Positions 10,858 through 21,832 of a DNA stretch of 64,000 nucleotides are shown one piece after another. A program made the translations under genes and the position numbers. The first letter of the stretch is position 1, and every line of letters begins with the position of its first letter. The notes under the pieces were generated by a model. That model ran no database searches. It saw only the letters and a program-made list of their open reading frames with translations, and was not told where the DNA came from. The stretch comes from an uncultured Chthonomonadaceae bacterium (GTDB taxonomy: Bacteria; Armatimonadota; Chthonomonadetes; Chthonomonadales; Chthonomonadaceae), in assembly GCA_963817895.1 (NCBI GenBank), contig CAWFQB010000003.1, forward strand, positions 672,001 through 736,000, given 5' to 3'.

Positions 10858-11972
10858 ATGCTCGAAGATGTGAAAGCGCGGGCGCGCGAATTGCGCGGAC
10901 GGCTGGACGAGCTGGGAGGTCATCTTTGACCAGGCCAATCGTCAGCGTGAAATCAACGATTTAGAAACCAGAGCCTCGCAGCCGGATTTGTGGAACGATC
11001 CCGCGCAGGCGCAGGAATTGCTGAAGCAACTGAGCCAGCTAAAAGAAAAACTCGCGCCGTTTCGGGCGGTGCAGGCGCGCGTGGACGATCTGGAAGCCAT
11101 GTGCGAACTGCTGTCCGAAGAGGGCGTTGAGGACGCGGAAACCCTTGCCGAACAGGACCGGGAAGCGGATGCCCTGAAACGGGAACTCGACCAACTGGAA
11201 CTGGAAACCCTGCTCGCCGGCGAACACGACAGCGCAGATGCCATTGTGGAGATCAAGGCGGGGGCGGGCGGCACGGACGCCTGCGACTGGGTCACGATGC
11301 TGCAGCGCATGTACCTGAAGTGGGCGGAACTGCATGGCTTTGCCGTGGACATTCTGGAAGAGAGCGAAGCGGATATTGCCGGATTGACGAATACCACGTT
11401 TATCATTCACGGCAAGAATACGTATGGCTATATGAAGGCCGAGCGCGGGGTGCATCGGCTGGTGCGCATTTCGCCGTTCGACGCGGCCAAACGGCGGCAA
11501 ACGTCCTTTGCCAAAGTGGACGTTCTGCCCGACATCGGCGAAGAGATCAAGGTGGACATCAACCCCGATGATCTGGAAATTGACTATTATCGCGCCAGTG
11601 GCGCGGGCGGGCAGCACGTCAACAAAACCGACTCCGCCGTTCGTATCACGCATATGCCGACGTGGTCTTGTCGTGACGTGCCAGAACGAGCGCTCGCAGC
11701 ACAAGAACAAAGCGTTCGCCATGTCCGTGCTGCAAGCGCGTTTGCTGGAACGCGAACAGCGCGAAAGCGACGAGAAAATGAACGCCATGCGCGGCGAATC
11801 CAAAGCCAACGAATGGGGCAATCAGGACCGCTCGTATGTGTTTCAGCCGTATACAATGGTAAAAGACCACCGCACGGGACAGGAGACCGGCGACGTCATC
11901 GGCGTGATGAACGGCAACATTGATCCGTTCCTGCAAGCCTTTTTGCAATGGCAGCAGGGAAAGGGTGAGTAG
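10858..11972 (+). CDS. prfB: Peptide chain release factor 2 (programmed +1 frameshift; a second shift near 11660 is likely an error)
   Basis: GAGGTDACDW, GVHRLVRISPFD (SPF motif), GAGGQHVNKTDSAVR, RSYVFQPY. Confidence 0.97.
10914..10930 (+). promoter_or_regulatory. RF2 autoregulatory +1 frameshift site
   Basis: Internal SD GGGAGG followed by CTT TGA C. Confidence 0.95.
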
Positions 11973-12069
11973 GGAGTAGGAGTTGCGACAAACAAATTGT
12001 CATGTTGCGCAACCTGTATCAAAAAGGTCCTACTGCTCAATTCTACACTATATCTCCCGGAGTGAGAAC

Positions 12070-12744
12070 ATGAACACGCGACAAAACTATAAAACGCGGG
12101 CAGTTGGCGTGGCAATGGCGGCGTTGCTGGCGTTGGGGATGGGAACGGCGCGGGCGCAAGGGTATCGCGCTGATGCCGATTTGACCAACAAAGAGATGGG
12201 CAGCAATCAGGTGTTGCTGGGCAGTCTGGTTGCGGACGCGCTGCGGGCTTCGGCTAAAACCGATGCGGCCTTTGTTTCCGCGTCCGCGTTTACGGACACG
12301 CCTGTTACGGTTTCTCATAACGGCTTTGACCTGCCGGAGATCGTCAAAACGCTGGAATACAAAGGCGACGCGATTGCGATTGTAAAACTGACGGGGCGGC
12401 AAATTCACGACGCGCTGGAACAGAGTTTATACCAGTATCCCACTCGAAACGTCGGCTTTCTCCAAACTTCCGGGCTGACTGTCAGTTTCAATCCCGCCTC
12501 GCCGGGTCTGAAACGGATCGCAAGCATTAAAATCAACGGCAACGCGCTGGACACGGGGAAGACGTACCGGGTCGCCATGCCCGCGCCACTTGCCAACGGC
12601 GCACACGGCTATTTCAAGTTCTGGAAGAAAAGCGACATTGAGAAAACGACGGATGTCACGCTGGAAGCCGCCCTGACCGCGTATCTCAACGACCACAAGA
12701 CTGTTACGAAAGGTGAAGACCGACTTGTTGCCAGCGGCAAATAG
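12070..12744 (+). CDS. Secreted protein consisting of a 5'-nucleotidase C-terminal domain
   Basis: Signal peptide; LGSLVADALR, LTGRQIHDALE, FLQTSGL, RIASIKING..LD..KTYRVA. Confidence 0.8.
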   Translation: MNTRQNYKTRAVGVAMAALLALGMGTARAQGYRADADLTNKEMGSNQVLLGSLVADALRASAKTDAAFVSASAFTDTPVTVSHNGFDLPEIVKTLEYKGDAIAIVKLTGRQIHDALEQSLYQYPTRNVGFLQTSGLTVSFNPASPGLKRIASIKINGNALDTGKTYRVAMPAPLANGAHGYFKFWKKSDIEKTTDVTLEAALTAYLNDHKTVTKGEDRLVASGK

Positions 12745-12803
12745 GGCGGGGAAACAGGGGAAGCGCGGCACAGTATCGCGCTTTTCCCATCGGCGCAAGC
12801 CCG

Positions 12804-13987
12804 ATGCGCGGCAAGAATTTGCGCCGTGTAATGGGCGTGTTCGCCTGCTTGCTGTGGCCGCTTGGCGGCTGTCAGAATGGAGACGCAACCCCGGTCACAG
12901 CCGCGCATACCGTGACCACCTCGCTGCCGAGTAAACGTACGCCCTGCCGCCGCGCCCAGCATCAAGCGGTACGCACTGACTACAAATGCGTCGGGAACCT
13001 CCTCCGCTTCCGCGTCGTCTGATGGGATAACCAACAAGCCGAAAAAGCGTCCAACCTTTGATGGCGACGCGGCATATACACTGCTGAAAAAGCAGTGCGA
13101 TTTCGGGCCGCGATCCACTGGGCAGCGACGCGCACGAGAAGTGCAAAACGCTGTTGCTGGAAGAGATGAAGAAATACGCGGACGTGACGATTGCCCAAAC
13201 GTTCAACTATCGCGGCCTGCCCGTTACCAATGTAATCGGTGTCATTTATCCCGCCGGGTTAAACGCGCCCGCGCAAAATCCGGTACTGCTGATGACGCAT
13301 TGGGACTCGCGCCCGGTTGCCGACGGCCCCAACTCTTCGGAAGCGTCGAAATCCCCCATTTACCATTATGGGCCGAAGGGCTGGAACCGAACCAATCCTA
13401 TTCCCGCCGCCAATGATGGCGCGTCCGGCGCGGGGGTTCTGCTGCAACTGGCGAAGATGTTCAAGGCAAAGAGGCCTCCCGTCGGCGTTCTGCTGATTCT
13501 TGACGATGGCGAGGATTATGGCGATTTCACGGCGAACAATGGCGAGGGCGAAGGCGTAGAACTCGGTTCGCGCTATTTCGCCAAACATTTTCAGGAAGAC
13601 AAGCGGTTCGGCTATCCCGATTACGGTATCCTGCTGGACATGATCGGCGGCAAAAACCTGCTGCTGCCCCGCGAGGACAACTCCGTGAAAGCCGCGCCGG
13701 GAACCCTGACCAAAATCTACCAGGCGGCGCAATCGCTCGGATACAGCAATGTGTTTCGTTCCGATTTGAGTTTCAATGTCAATGACGACCATATTGCCCT
13801 GATTGCCGCCGGTATCCGCACCGTAGACTTGATTCCATTTTTCGGCAACAGCGCGCCCGCAGGCGTCAGCTATTATCCCTACTGGCACACGCTGCAGGAC
13901 ACGCCCGACAAATGCTCCGCCGCGTCCCTGAAAATCGTCGGGGAAACCGTTGCCGAAGTAATTTACAGCGAAACGGCGTCGCCATAA
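12804..13987 (+). CDS. M28-family peptidase / glutaminyl cyclase-like lipoprotein (frameshifted in the N-terminal part)
   Basis: Lipobox LGGC; HWDSR, ANDGASG, DGED, LLDMIG, DDH, YWHTLQDT. Confidence 0.85.
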
Positions 13988-14080
13988 GTAGGAAGTGGGG
14001 AGTAGGAAAATATGTTCATTAAAAGCATTATTCATGTACACAGAACCTACTCCCTACTACCCACTCCCTACTGCCTACTT
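13987..14080. repeat. Heptamer-array hairpin (AGTAGGG/A)n ... (CCTACTC)n
   Basis: AAGTAGGAAGTGGGGAGTAGG ... CCTACTCCCTACTACCCACTCCCTACTGCCTACTT. Confidence 0.85.
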
Positions 14081-14222
14081 ATGAAACCTTTCACCCTTTG
14101 GATTCGTGGTATGTATAGAGATTGCGGCAATTATGCCACAATTTGTAGAATAGAAGTGGCGAAAAGCGAAAGCAGAACTTGCAAATCGGGCGAATAAGAA
14201 TGGCAGCGGAGGAGCGTAAGAG

Positions 14223-14537
14223 ATGTCCAGGGAGGCAGGGCCGCAGGGACAGGGGCGCGTCAGCACTTTTCACGAATCGGAACTCAAGATTTGTGAACTG
14301 TGCGGCTGGCTGAATTTTGAATCGAATACGGACTGCTTTGTCTGTGGCTGGCATGGGCATTTCGAGCAGAATCCCGAAGTGGTCCGCGCCGCTGTAGAAC
14401 TGGCCGTGCGCCGATACGGGCGTTTGGAACTTCAGCATCTGACCGACCCGCGCACCTACCGCAAACCCGCCCCGCCCACGTTCCGAACCCGCGCCCGCCT
14501 GTGGTTCCGCCGCATCTGGAACTGGCTGCGGGGCTGA
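14223..14537 (+). CDS. Small zinc-ribbon protein
   Basis: CELC..LN.....CFVCGW; GGAGGAG SD. Confidence 0.7.
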   Translation: MSREAGPQGQGRVSTFHESELKICELCGWLNFESNTDCFVCGWHGHFEQNPEVVRAAVELAVRRYGRLELQHLTDPRTYRKPAPPTFRTRARLWFRRIWNWLRG

Positions 14538-14541
14538 TAAA

Positions 14542-14610
14542 ATAGGTAGATAGTAGATGGGTAGGTAGGTAGGAACACAGTCTACTTATCTACCCATCTA
14601 CTATCTACCT
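14542..14610. repeat. Repeat-array hairpin (TAGGTAGA)n ... (TCTACCTA/TCTACTA)n between convergent genes
   Basis: Inverted tandem arms; overlaps the stop codon of the minus-strand gene. Confidence 0.85.
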
Positions 14611-16845
14611 TCACTATGCGTCAGCACCCAGTGCATATCGTCGCGGGCGACTTCATTGATGGCGTGGGTGGATTCGGTATCGAGGCTTAGTGTCTGCTGT
14701 AGCAGGATGAGGTACGTCAGGGCAATGCAGATGGCGGCAGGCAGCAAGACCCGGCGCATCCCGAGGGTTACAGCGGCAAGGACGGGAACACGCCGCCATA
14801 ATGCCCACAGGCATAGCCCCGTCACGAGCATCAGAGGCATGGCGCAGGACAAAAGCGCCACTTGAAACACGCGCCCGTATGAAATGACCGGTTCCATTCC
14901 CATCAGGCTCGTGAGCAGTTGCGCGACGGGATGCAGGCCGCTCAACAGGGGACGCAAAAACCATAATATCGCCAGATAGGGACTTAACAGGAAGAAGAGA
15001 AGCCGCCCCGTTGTACCCCGATGCCACCGTTGCTCCACGCGCCCTGGCTGCCATTCAGATGAAGTGGCTTCCTCTGACAGTTGAAAGTTCCCCTTCCCTT
15101 TTCGCCGCCATTGCCACCATCGGCTCTGAATATTTCCGGCGATAAGGGCAAACAGGCAGCCGCTCCCGATCAGAAACACAATGGCAAGGCGCGAGGAGAG
15201 AAGTCCTGTCAGCAGAAAGAAACCGCTGATAAGAACCATCGCGCTGACAAGAAACCACCCCGTCAAGCGCATTGCGCGTGGCAGGCGCGTTTGCTTTCGC
15301 GCGCTTTTGCGCAGGAGCCACGCCGCCACACCGCTGACCGCCAGCAGCAGCAGTTGCTGAACCAGACACACGCCCGTCATCCACGAACCGAACAGCGCGA
15401 TCAGGGGAATACCGGGGGGAATACCCGGATACGAGGCATCGGCGCGGCGCCCCATCCACCTGCGCCCGCAATTTGCAGCTCTCCTCCACTTCGGTTGTCA
15501 GCAGGGTAATCTCGGATAGTTTGCCGTTTGTTCGCAGAAACTCCAGGTAGCCCTGCGCCTGCTGCTGCCACTGCGCTACGGTGCGGACAGTGGTTTGCCG
15601 GGGCGTAGCGTCGTTGTCGCTGGCGGCAATCAGAGTCAAATCCGTGCCGTAAAGCGCTTCATACGCCCAGGTCGCGGTGTCGCGCAGCAGAGCGCCCAAA
15701 CGCAGCAGATGATGGCGAATCTGCAAAGCCTCGCGCACGTTGCCCCGACCGGCCTCCTGATCGGCATGCCAGCGCGCCATTTCGGTCATGCGCCGCAATT
15801 CGCGCAGGTGTGGAAACGCGATGATGGATAGCGGCCCGATTTTCTGCGTGGCCCCGTGATCGCCATAAGCCAGGGAGTACAACCGCCACTGGCCCAGTAT
15901 CTCCTCGTAAATGTAAGAATCCCACCGTGTTTTCCTGTCACACCGGGCAAGGGCATCCAGCGCCTGCGTATCCCGTCCCGCCGCGAAATAGGTAGCCGCC
16001 AGCATCGCCGGCCAGAACACATTGTCGGGGTCAAGCCGCTCCCCGTTGCTCAACGCCATCCGCATCAGTTTGACATCGGTATAGCGGGCGGGAATAGTTG
16101 AGGAATTTTCGATTTTCGATTTTCGATTTTCGATTGAAGATGCGCTTGTATCTTGTATCTTGTATCTTGTATCTACTGTCTCCTTTTCTCCTTTTCTCCT
16201 TTTCTCCTTTTCTTCCGCCTGTCCTGCCAGTTCCGCGCGCTGGATGCGGACGCGGTCTACCATCATGTAACGGGCGAGATGGGCCTGCGCTCCGGCGGCG
16301 ACGGGGAAATCATGCGCGACGCGGGTGAGGCGAATCAGCGTGTGGTCGGAAGTATCTACTGTGTTGTCGGGATGATCTATTTTGGGCGTGGGCGCGGCGC
16401 GGACGCCGCCCAATTCGACAAAGGCGGTGGCGCGGCCTACTTGCAGCAGATAGTCGTCGGGGAGAGTAGCGGCGGTGGCGTCCAGGCGGGGCGCTTCGCG
16501 CAGAGTGCGTTCCGAATCCAGCGACAGCACCCAGGGCAGGCCGTCCTGCGCAAGGGCAAAGCGCAATTGTGAGCCAAGCGTATAGCGTACCGGCGGCAGC
16601 AGGCACAATCCGATGAGGACGCCAAGAGCCATGCCCACCAGCCAGCCGGAGGGTCTTCGGGCGGCTGTCATGGGAACTTCTGCAGTCGGGGCGTCAACTG
16701 CGGCTCGGACATTCGCGGCGTTATCGTCAAACACCCCGGCTGCGCTTTCGTCGCTCAGGGAAAGCGCGTCATACAGCGCGTTTTCCAGAGCATCGAAAGG
16801 AGCGTCCGGGGTGTTATTCTGATGTGGAGGCACGGAAGCGTTCAC
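14601..16845 (-). CDS. Large membrane protein (helical central region plus C-terminal multi-TM region), frameshift near 15450
   Basis: ORFs 15055-16845 and 14601-15455; third gene of the ECF cassette. Confidence 0.65.
16106..16213. repeat. Three different tandem arrays back-to-back inside a CDS
   Basis: (TTTCGAT)x4, (TTGTATC)x4, (TCCTTTTC)x4; translated as EKEKRRKGEKE..DTRYKIQDT..IENRKSKIEN. Confidence 0.9.
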
Positions 16846-16898
16846 TATTGTCTTTCAGTGTGTTGCGGTTCCTGCCGCCAAGGCGTAGCGGGCGTTGT

Positions 16899-17591
16899 TT
16901 AGCCGAACGCCCGCGCGCTTGGTAACGCGGAACGGTGTAGATGTTCCGATTTGTCAGGAGCCTCCAACTTAGATGGCGGAATTGGCGGCGTCGAACTCGG
17001 AAGCGCGGGAACGGTCCTATCCGGCCTTCTGGTTTTCAGAAGCGGGGGGCCGGGCTGCGGATTGGTCCATAGCAGGGCGGCGCGGGGCGTGGGCGTTTGC
17101 AGCAGAGATTCCATCGGAATGGCCGCGTCCGCGCGTTCCCTCTCCTGCGCCTGTGATTCGATAAACTGCGCGGTTCGGGCGCTTACCGGCGGATGCGAAT
17201 GAAGGGCGGGCAACAGGAAAAGGGAGGTGAGGGCAACGGCGAGTACGGCCCCACTGCCAATCTGCGCCAGAAAACTAAATCGCAGCGCGCGGGTTTGCAG
17301 TTGCATCCGCTTCCATTGCCGAAATAGCCGGCCCGTTTGCGGCACGGAATTCAGCCGGCCCGCCATAACGGTGGCAACCACGCGATTATCAAAGGCAGCA
17401 ACGGATTCAGAGGTGAGCCGGGGCAGATGATGATCGAACGCGGCTTGCAGCGCGTTATCGGCTTCGGCGATTTTGCGGCAGGACGCGCAGCTTACGAGAT
17501 GATCCTGAAGCGTTCCCCACTGGGAAGGAGTGATAGAGCCGTCGGAGCGGCGCGCGAACAGGACGCGCCAGCGCCAGCAACGGTTAAACAT
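16899..17591 (-). CDS. Anti-sigma factor (zf-HC2 plus TM helix)
   Basis: DHLVSCASC, single TM helix, overlaps the sigma stop. Confidence 0.75.
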   Translation of the reverse strand: MFNRCWRWRVLFARRSDGSITPSQWGTLQDHLVSCASCRKIAEADNALQAAFDHHLPRLTSESVAAFDNRVVATVMAGRLNSVPQTGRLFRQWKRMQLQTRALRFSFLAQIGSGAVLAVALTSLFLLPALHSHPPVSARTAQFIESQAQERERADAAIPMESLLQTPTPRAALLWTNPQPGPPLLKTRRPDRTVPALPSSTPPIPPSKLEAPDKSEHLHRSALPSARAFG

Positions 17592-18205
17592 GATTGGCCT
17601 CCTCTTGAATGGCCGCCCAACGTTGTCGAAACTGTTCGCGGGCGGTATTCAGCCGCGACCGAACCGTTCCAACAGGAATATTCAATACGAGCGCGATTTC
17701 GGCGTATTCCAGCCCCTCCATTTCGCGCAAAACCAGCGCGGCCCGCATCGGGGCCGACAGCGAGTTCAGCACCTGCTCCACCACAATCCGCTTTTCCATA
17801 TCGGGATGAGACGACTGCCTGCATGGGCAGTGTTCTCTCTTCCAGCGGCAGTTCGGCGGACATGCACTTACGGCGCATCCGGTCCAGACAGAGATTAACG
17901 ACAATACGATACAGCCAGGCGTAAAATCCCGATTCGCCGCGAAATTGGTCTATTTGCCGAAACGCCTTGACGAACGCTTCCTGGGCAACATCTTCGGCCT
18001 CGCGGGAGTTGTGCAGAACATGGGCGGCAAGGCGTACCACGCGGTCACGGTAGCGATCCAGAATCCAACGAATCGCCCGCTCGTCGCCCAGGGCGCAGCG
18101 GTCCAGCCAGGCGCGCTCTTCCCGGCGGTCACTGTTTTCAACATCCGCCGCGCCCGCGCCCGGAGCCATGATCGATTCCGCTAATTTCCACACGCTGGTA
18201 GCCAT
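17584..18205 (-). CDS. ECF sigma factor (frameshift near 17810)
   Basis: AEDVAQEAFVKAF, FYAWLYRIVVNLCLD; region 4 YAEIALVLNIPVGTVRSRL. Confidence 0.92.
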
Positions 18206-18413
18206 GTATGCCTGATTCTCCTTACTCGTACAGACGCGCTGACGCGCTTGATTAGTTCGCAGCCTCTCGATAGGTCAGGCTGTCACTATTACACAGCGGA
18301 CGCTCCGTTACGTATGCCTGCTGACACGTTATTCGAGAATGTGCAGGAAGATTCCTGCATGGCCTGTGTCTGTGTGTCTATGTATTTGTGTAGATGTGGG
18401 CAGAAGCTCAGTT

Positions 18414-20339
18414 TCAGTTTAGATGTATGCGGCGGTGGAACACATACCACTCTATACACAGCAGCAGCAGGGCGGCAAACACCAGATAGGGGAGCCAGTC
18501 GCGTTTGGTGAGTACCGTATGGGTTGTAGTCGGCGTGGCGTTCTGGAGAATGGTCAGGGTTTTGTGGGGCGTGGTGTCGGACTCGCTTGCGCTGGCAAGG
18601 TTGGCGGCAAACCGGGAGGCCGGAACGTTCGGTCCCTCCACTTTGTACACGCCCGCCTGATCCGTGTTGTCGAACGCGCCCCCGCCCCGTTCGCCCACGA
18701 CAATTTCGCGCTTGCTGCCGTCCGGTTTGGTGACGGTCAGGCGTCCCGCATTGGGCGGCGCGGGAAGCAGCAGCGTTTCGCCCGTCCGTACCTGCCCCCG
18801 TTCGCTATCGTCCCCGCCCGTGCCGAGCCAGCGGACGCTGTTGGAAATAAAGATAGGGAACGGAACCGTGAGCAGGAAATGCACGGACTTTTCCAGCGAA
18901 AAGGCCACAAAGACCGCCCGCATTTTGTTCTTTTCGCCCGCCACAATCAGCGAACCGGATTCGCCAACCGCCAATTCTTTGCCCCACCCAAGCGGCGAGG
19001 CTTTGTACACGCCCAACAGATTCTCGCTGCCGAAGTCCACGTAGCGCAAAACGGGATGGTCGCGCTCCACGTCCGCGAATCCCACCCCGTCCATTTCGCC
19101 CTCGGATTTGGCGGGGGATTGGTCACTGGCGCAGTGCAGAAACAGATAGTTGCCTTCGGGCAGATGGGCCGGCGCGGCCTCGTTGAACACAACCACGTCG
19201 TAGTCTCTGGCGTGGTCGGCAGGGTACGCCCCCGCTTTGCTCAGGGTGACACCCGGATCAACTTTTAGCGCGTTTTCCAGCCACAGGTTTTCCGTTCCCA
19301 CCATCAGGACCTTCAGCAGTTTGCGCGGCTGCAAAATCAGCGACGCCTCGTTGTCTGAGGCCAAATCGTCCTTCACGTCCAGACGGACGCGCATCGCAAC
19401 GGGCCTGTCCGGTTCCTGCACATCGAACGCTTCCGTGTTTTCGCCGTGCGCGGGCAGGGTCAATTCGTGCGCGTCGAACAGGTTGTCCTCAATATAAATC
19501 TCTTCATTGAACTTTTTGGGCGCGTCGGAAAAGTTGCGGGTGACGACGAGCAACTGCACGGACTTTTCCCCGCCGATGTTGCGCCGGAAATCCACTGCCG
19601 TAATGCCGACGTTATCATGCCCCGCGCCAATGGGATGGAACGAAACATGCGTTTTGCCAAGATTGAGGTTTGCCAGCGTGTACTGCGGTTCGCCCCCACT
19701 CCCGGAATTGCCGCCGGTCGCCTCAAAACCGCCATCGGATACCAGTTCAATTTGTCCGGCTTCATTGCTGTTGTGGGCGGCAACCAGTTCCGCGCCGAGA
19801 TTAAGCGCGTCGCGCATATTGGTGGGCGTGTCGTGGGACTGGAGGCTGTCTACCGCGCGGCGCAGTTCCGAACGCTCGTTGGTAAAGCCCGTAATCGCTT
19901 CCGGGCGCGAATACGCGGACACGACCATCATCAGGTCGCCCGCGCCCATGCGATTGATAATCTGCTGCGCTTCCCGTTTCGCCGCTTCCAATCGGGAGGG
20001 CGCGACATCCGAGGCCCGCATGGACGCGCTTGTATCCACAATCAGGACGATGCTGCGCCCCCCGCTGCTCAGGCTGCGGTCGAAGGGACGGGCAAGCGCG
20101 AAAATCAGCAGAGTGGCAAGCAGCAGTTGCAGAAACAGGAGGAGGTTTTTACGGAGTTTTTGAAAGGGCGCGTTGGCCTGCACGTCGCGGATCACCTGCC
20201 GCCATAAATACGTCGAGGAAACAACCACATCCTTGCGCCGCAGTTTCAGGATGTACATCAGGACAATCAGGCCGCAGACAAGCGGCAGCCCAAGTGAAAG
20301 CGCCCAGCCGGCATTGGGATTGAGGAAGAAACGTTCCAT
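18414..20339 (-). CDS. BatA/vWA domain membrane protein
   Basis: N-terminal BatA-like LLLFLQLL...ALARP, MIDAS DTSASM, C-terminal LLCIEW. Confidence 0.85.
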   Translation of the reverse strand: MERFFLNPNAGWALSLGLPLVCGLIVLMYILKLRRKDVVVSSTYLWRQVIRDVQANAPFQKLRKNLLLFLQLLLATLLIFALARPFDRSLSSGGRSIVLIVDTSASMRASDVAPSRLEAAKREAQQIINRMGAGDLMMVVSAYSRPEAITGFTNERSELRRAVDSLQSHDTPTNMRDALNLGAELVAAHNSNEAGQIELVSDGGFEATGGNSGSGGEPQYTLANLNLGKTHVSFHPIGAGHDNVGITAVDFRRNIGGEKSVQLLVVTRNFSDAPKKFNEEIYIEDNLFDAHELTLPAHGENTEAFDVQEPDRPVAMRVRLDVKDDLASDNEASLILQPRKLLKVLMVGTENLWLENALKVDPGVTLSKAGAYPADHARDYDVVVFNEAAPAHLPEGNYLFLHCASDQSPAKSEGEMDGVGFADVERDHPVLRYVDFGSENLLGVYKASPLGWGKELAVGESGSLIVAGEKNKMRAVFVAFSLEKSVHFLLTVPFPIFISNSVRWLGTGGDDSERGQVRTGETLLLPAPPNAGRLTVTKPDGSKREIVVGERGGGAFDNTDQAGVYKVEGPNVPASRFAANLASASESDTTPHKTLTILQNATPTTTHTVLTKRDWLPYLVFAALLLLCIEWYVFHRRIHLN

Positions 20340-20374
20340 CGAGCGTCGCGCTTTCTATATGTCGGACTTATTTT

Positions 20375-20710
20375 CTAGCGGGAATTGTACAGGTTTTGCG
20401 TGATGCCTGTGTCACTCGTTCGGGGAAACCGCGTCTGCTGTTCCAGTTGCGTCATGCGGCGTTCCAGATTGTGCAGGTTGGTGTCGAAACTCAAATCGTA
20501 CTGCATGGTGGTGTCGCGCAGGGTTTTGATTTCCTGACGCACGGCGGCAAATTCGGCGCGAATGTCTTCCGAAATCACCTGTTGCCGGCGCAGGGACATC
20601 TCCTCCATTTTGCGCCGGTGGTGCGTCCAGATCGCCAGCAGAGGAATTGACAGGACACCCATTACCGGGATACCCACCACGATTAACAGCACAATCCACA
20701 CAGGCGGCAT
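20375..20710 (-). CDS. Small TM plus coiled-coil protein (paralog 2)
   Basis: LRDTTMQYDLSFD motif shared with the neighbour. Confidence 0.75.
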   Translation of the reverse strand: MPPVWIVLLIVVGIPVMGVLSIPLLAIWTHHRRKMEEMSLRRQQVISEDIRAEFAAVRQEIKTLRDTTMQYDLSFDTNLHNLERRMTQLEQQTRFPRTSDTGITQNLYNSR

Positions 20711-20745
20711 GTCTATACTGCCCTTTCTCAGAATGTGGAGAACAT

Positions 20746-21066
20746 TTAGCCACCGTTACGCATATTCAGAACGGCTTCTTCCGGCTTGATTGTGGGGCCG
20801 AAGGAGGAGTTTTGTTCCACGCGGGCGACGCGCTGCTCGACGCGCTGCAAGGCCGCGTCAAAACTCAGGTCGTACTGCATGGAGGTTTCGCGCAGCGCCT
20901 GTATCTCCTGCCGCAACGCTTCGATTTCTGTATTGGAGTTGCCATTCCCCTGCTGTAATTGCAAGCGCAATTGCAGCATTTCGCGCTGATGCTTGGTCCA
21001 CAGGTTCATCAACGGGATGGACATGGGCAGGCCGAAGATACATATAAGGGCGATAATGGGTATCAT
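20746..21066 (-). CDS. Small TM plus coiled-coil protein (paralog 1)
   Basis: LRETSMQYDLSFD motif. Confidence 0.75.
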   Translation of the reverse strand: MIPIIALICIFGLPMSIPLMNLWTKHQREMLQLRLQLQQGNGNSNTEIEALRQEIQALRETSMQYDLSFDAALQRVEQRVARVEQNSSFGPTIKPEEAVLNMRNGG

Positions 21067-21075
21067 AGGTTCTTC

Positions 21076-21816
21076 CTAACTCGTTCTTGCCAGCGCATCC
21101 GCCAGCGTTACCGTTCCCGCGTACAACGCCTTGCCGATAATTACGCCGTCTACATTGGGAGCCGACTGCGCTTGCAGCGTGTGCAGCGCGTCTACGTCCG
21201 CAATCGTCGCCACGCCGCCCGAAGCGATCACAGGGATGTTGGGAACCGCCTGCGCCACTTGCGCGAGGGCGGCGAGATTGACGCCCTTTAACATGCCATC
21301 CCGCGCAATATCCGTAAAGATAAACCGCCCCGCGCCCATGCCCGCCAATCGCTGCACAAAAGCGATGGCTGTTTCGCCGCTGTGTTCCTGCCAGCCATAC
21401 ACGGCCACAATACCGTCCCGCGCATCCACCCCGATAGCGATGTTGTTGCCGAACCGCGTCAGCAATTCATTCGTCAATTCCGGGTTCTGCGCCGCTGCCG
21501 TGCCGACAACCGCGCGAGCCACGCCCAGTTCCAGTATCCGCGTTGCGGCTTCCAGACTCCGTATGCCGCCGCCCACCTGCACGGGCAGGCCGGTCGCGTC
21601 CACGATGCCTTTGATAGCGGCAACATTTTCGTCGCTGGATTGCCCGGTTCGCGCGCCGTCCAAATCCACGACATGCAGCCAATGCGCCCCCTGATCCTGC
21701 CACTTCTGCGCCATCGCGACCGGGTCATCCCCATACGTCGTGACCTGCGCGAAATCGCCCTGTATCAGCCGAACGCACTTGCCGCCCTTTAAGTCTATCG
21801 CGGGGTAAATATCCAT
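21076..21816 (-). CDS. hisA: ProFAR isomerase
   Basis: IYPAIDLKGGKCVRL, LHVVDLDGA, QVGGGIRS, FTDIARDG, IASGG. Confidence 0.97.
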   Translation of the reverse strand: MDIYPAIDLKGGKCVRLIQGDFAQVTTYGDDPVAMAQKWQDQGAHWLHVVDLDGARTGQSSDENVAAIKGIVDATGLPVQVGGGIRSLEAATRILELGVARAVVGTAAAQNPELTNELLTRFGNNIAIGVDARDGIVAVYGWQEHSGETAIAFVQRLAGMGAGRFIFTDIARDGMLKGVNLAALAQVAQAVPNIPVIASGGVATIADVDALHTLQAQSAPNVDGVIIGKALYAGTVTLADALARTS

Positions 21817-21832
21817 CAATTCCTACTACCTA

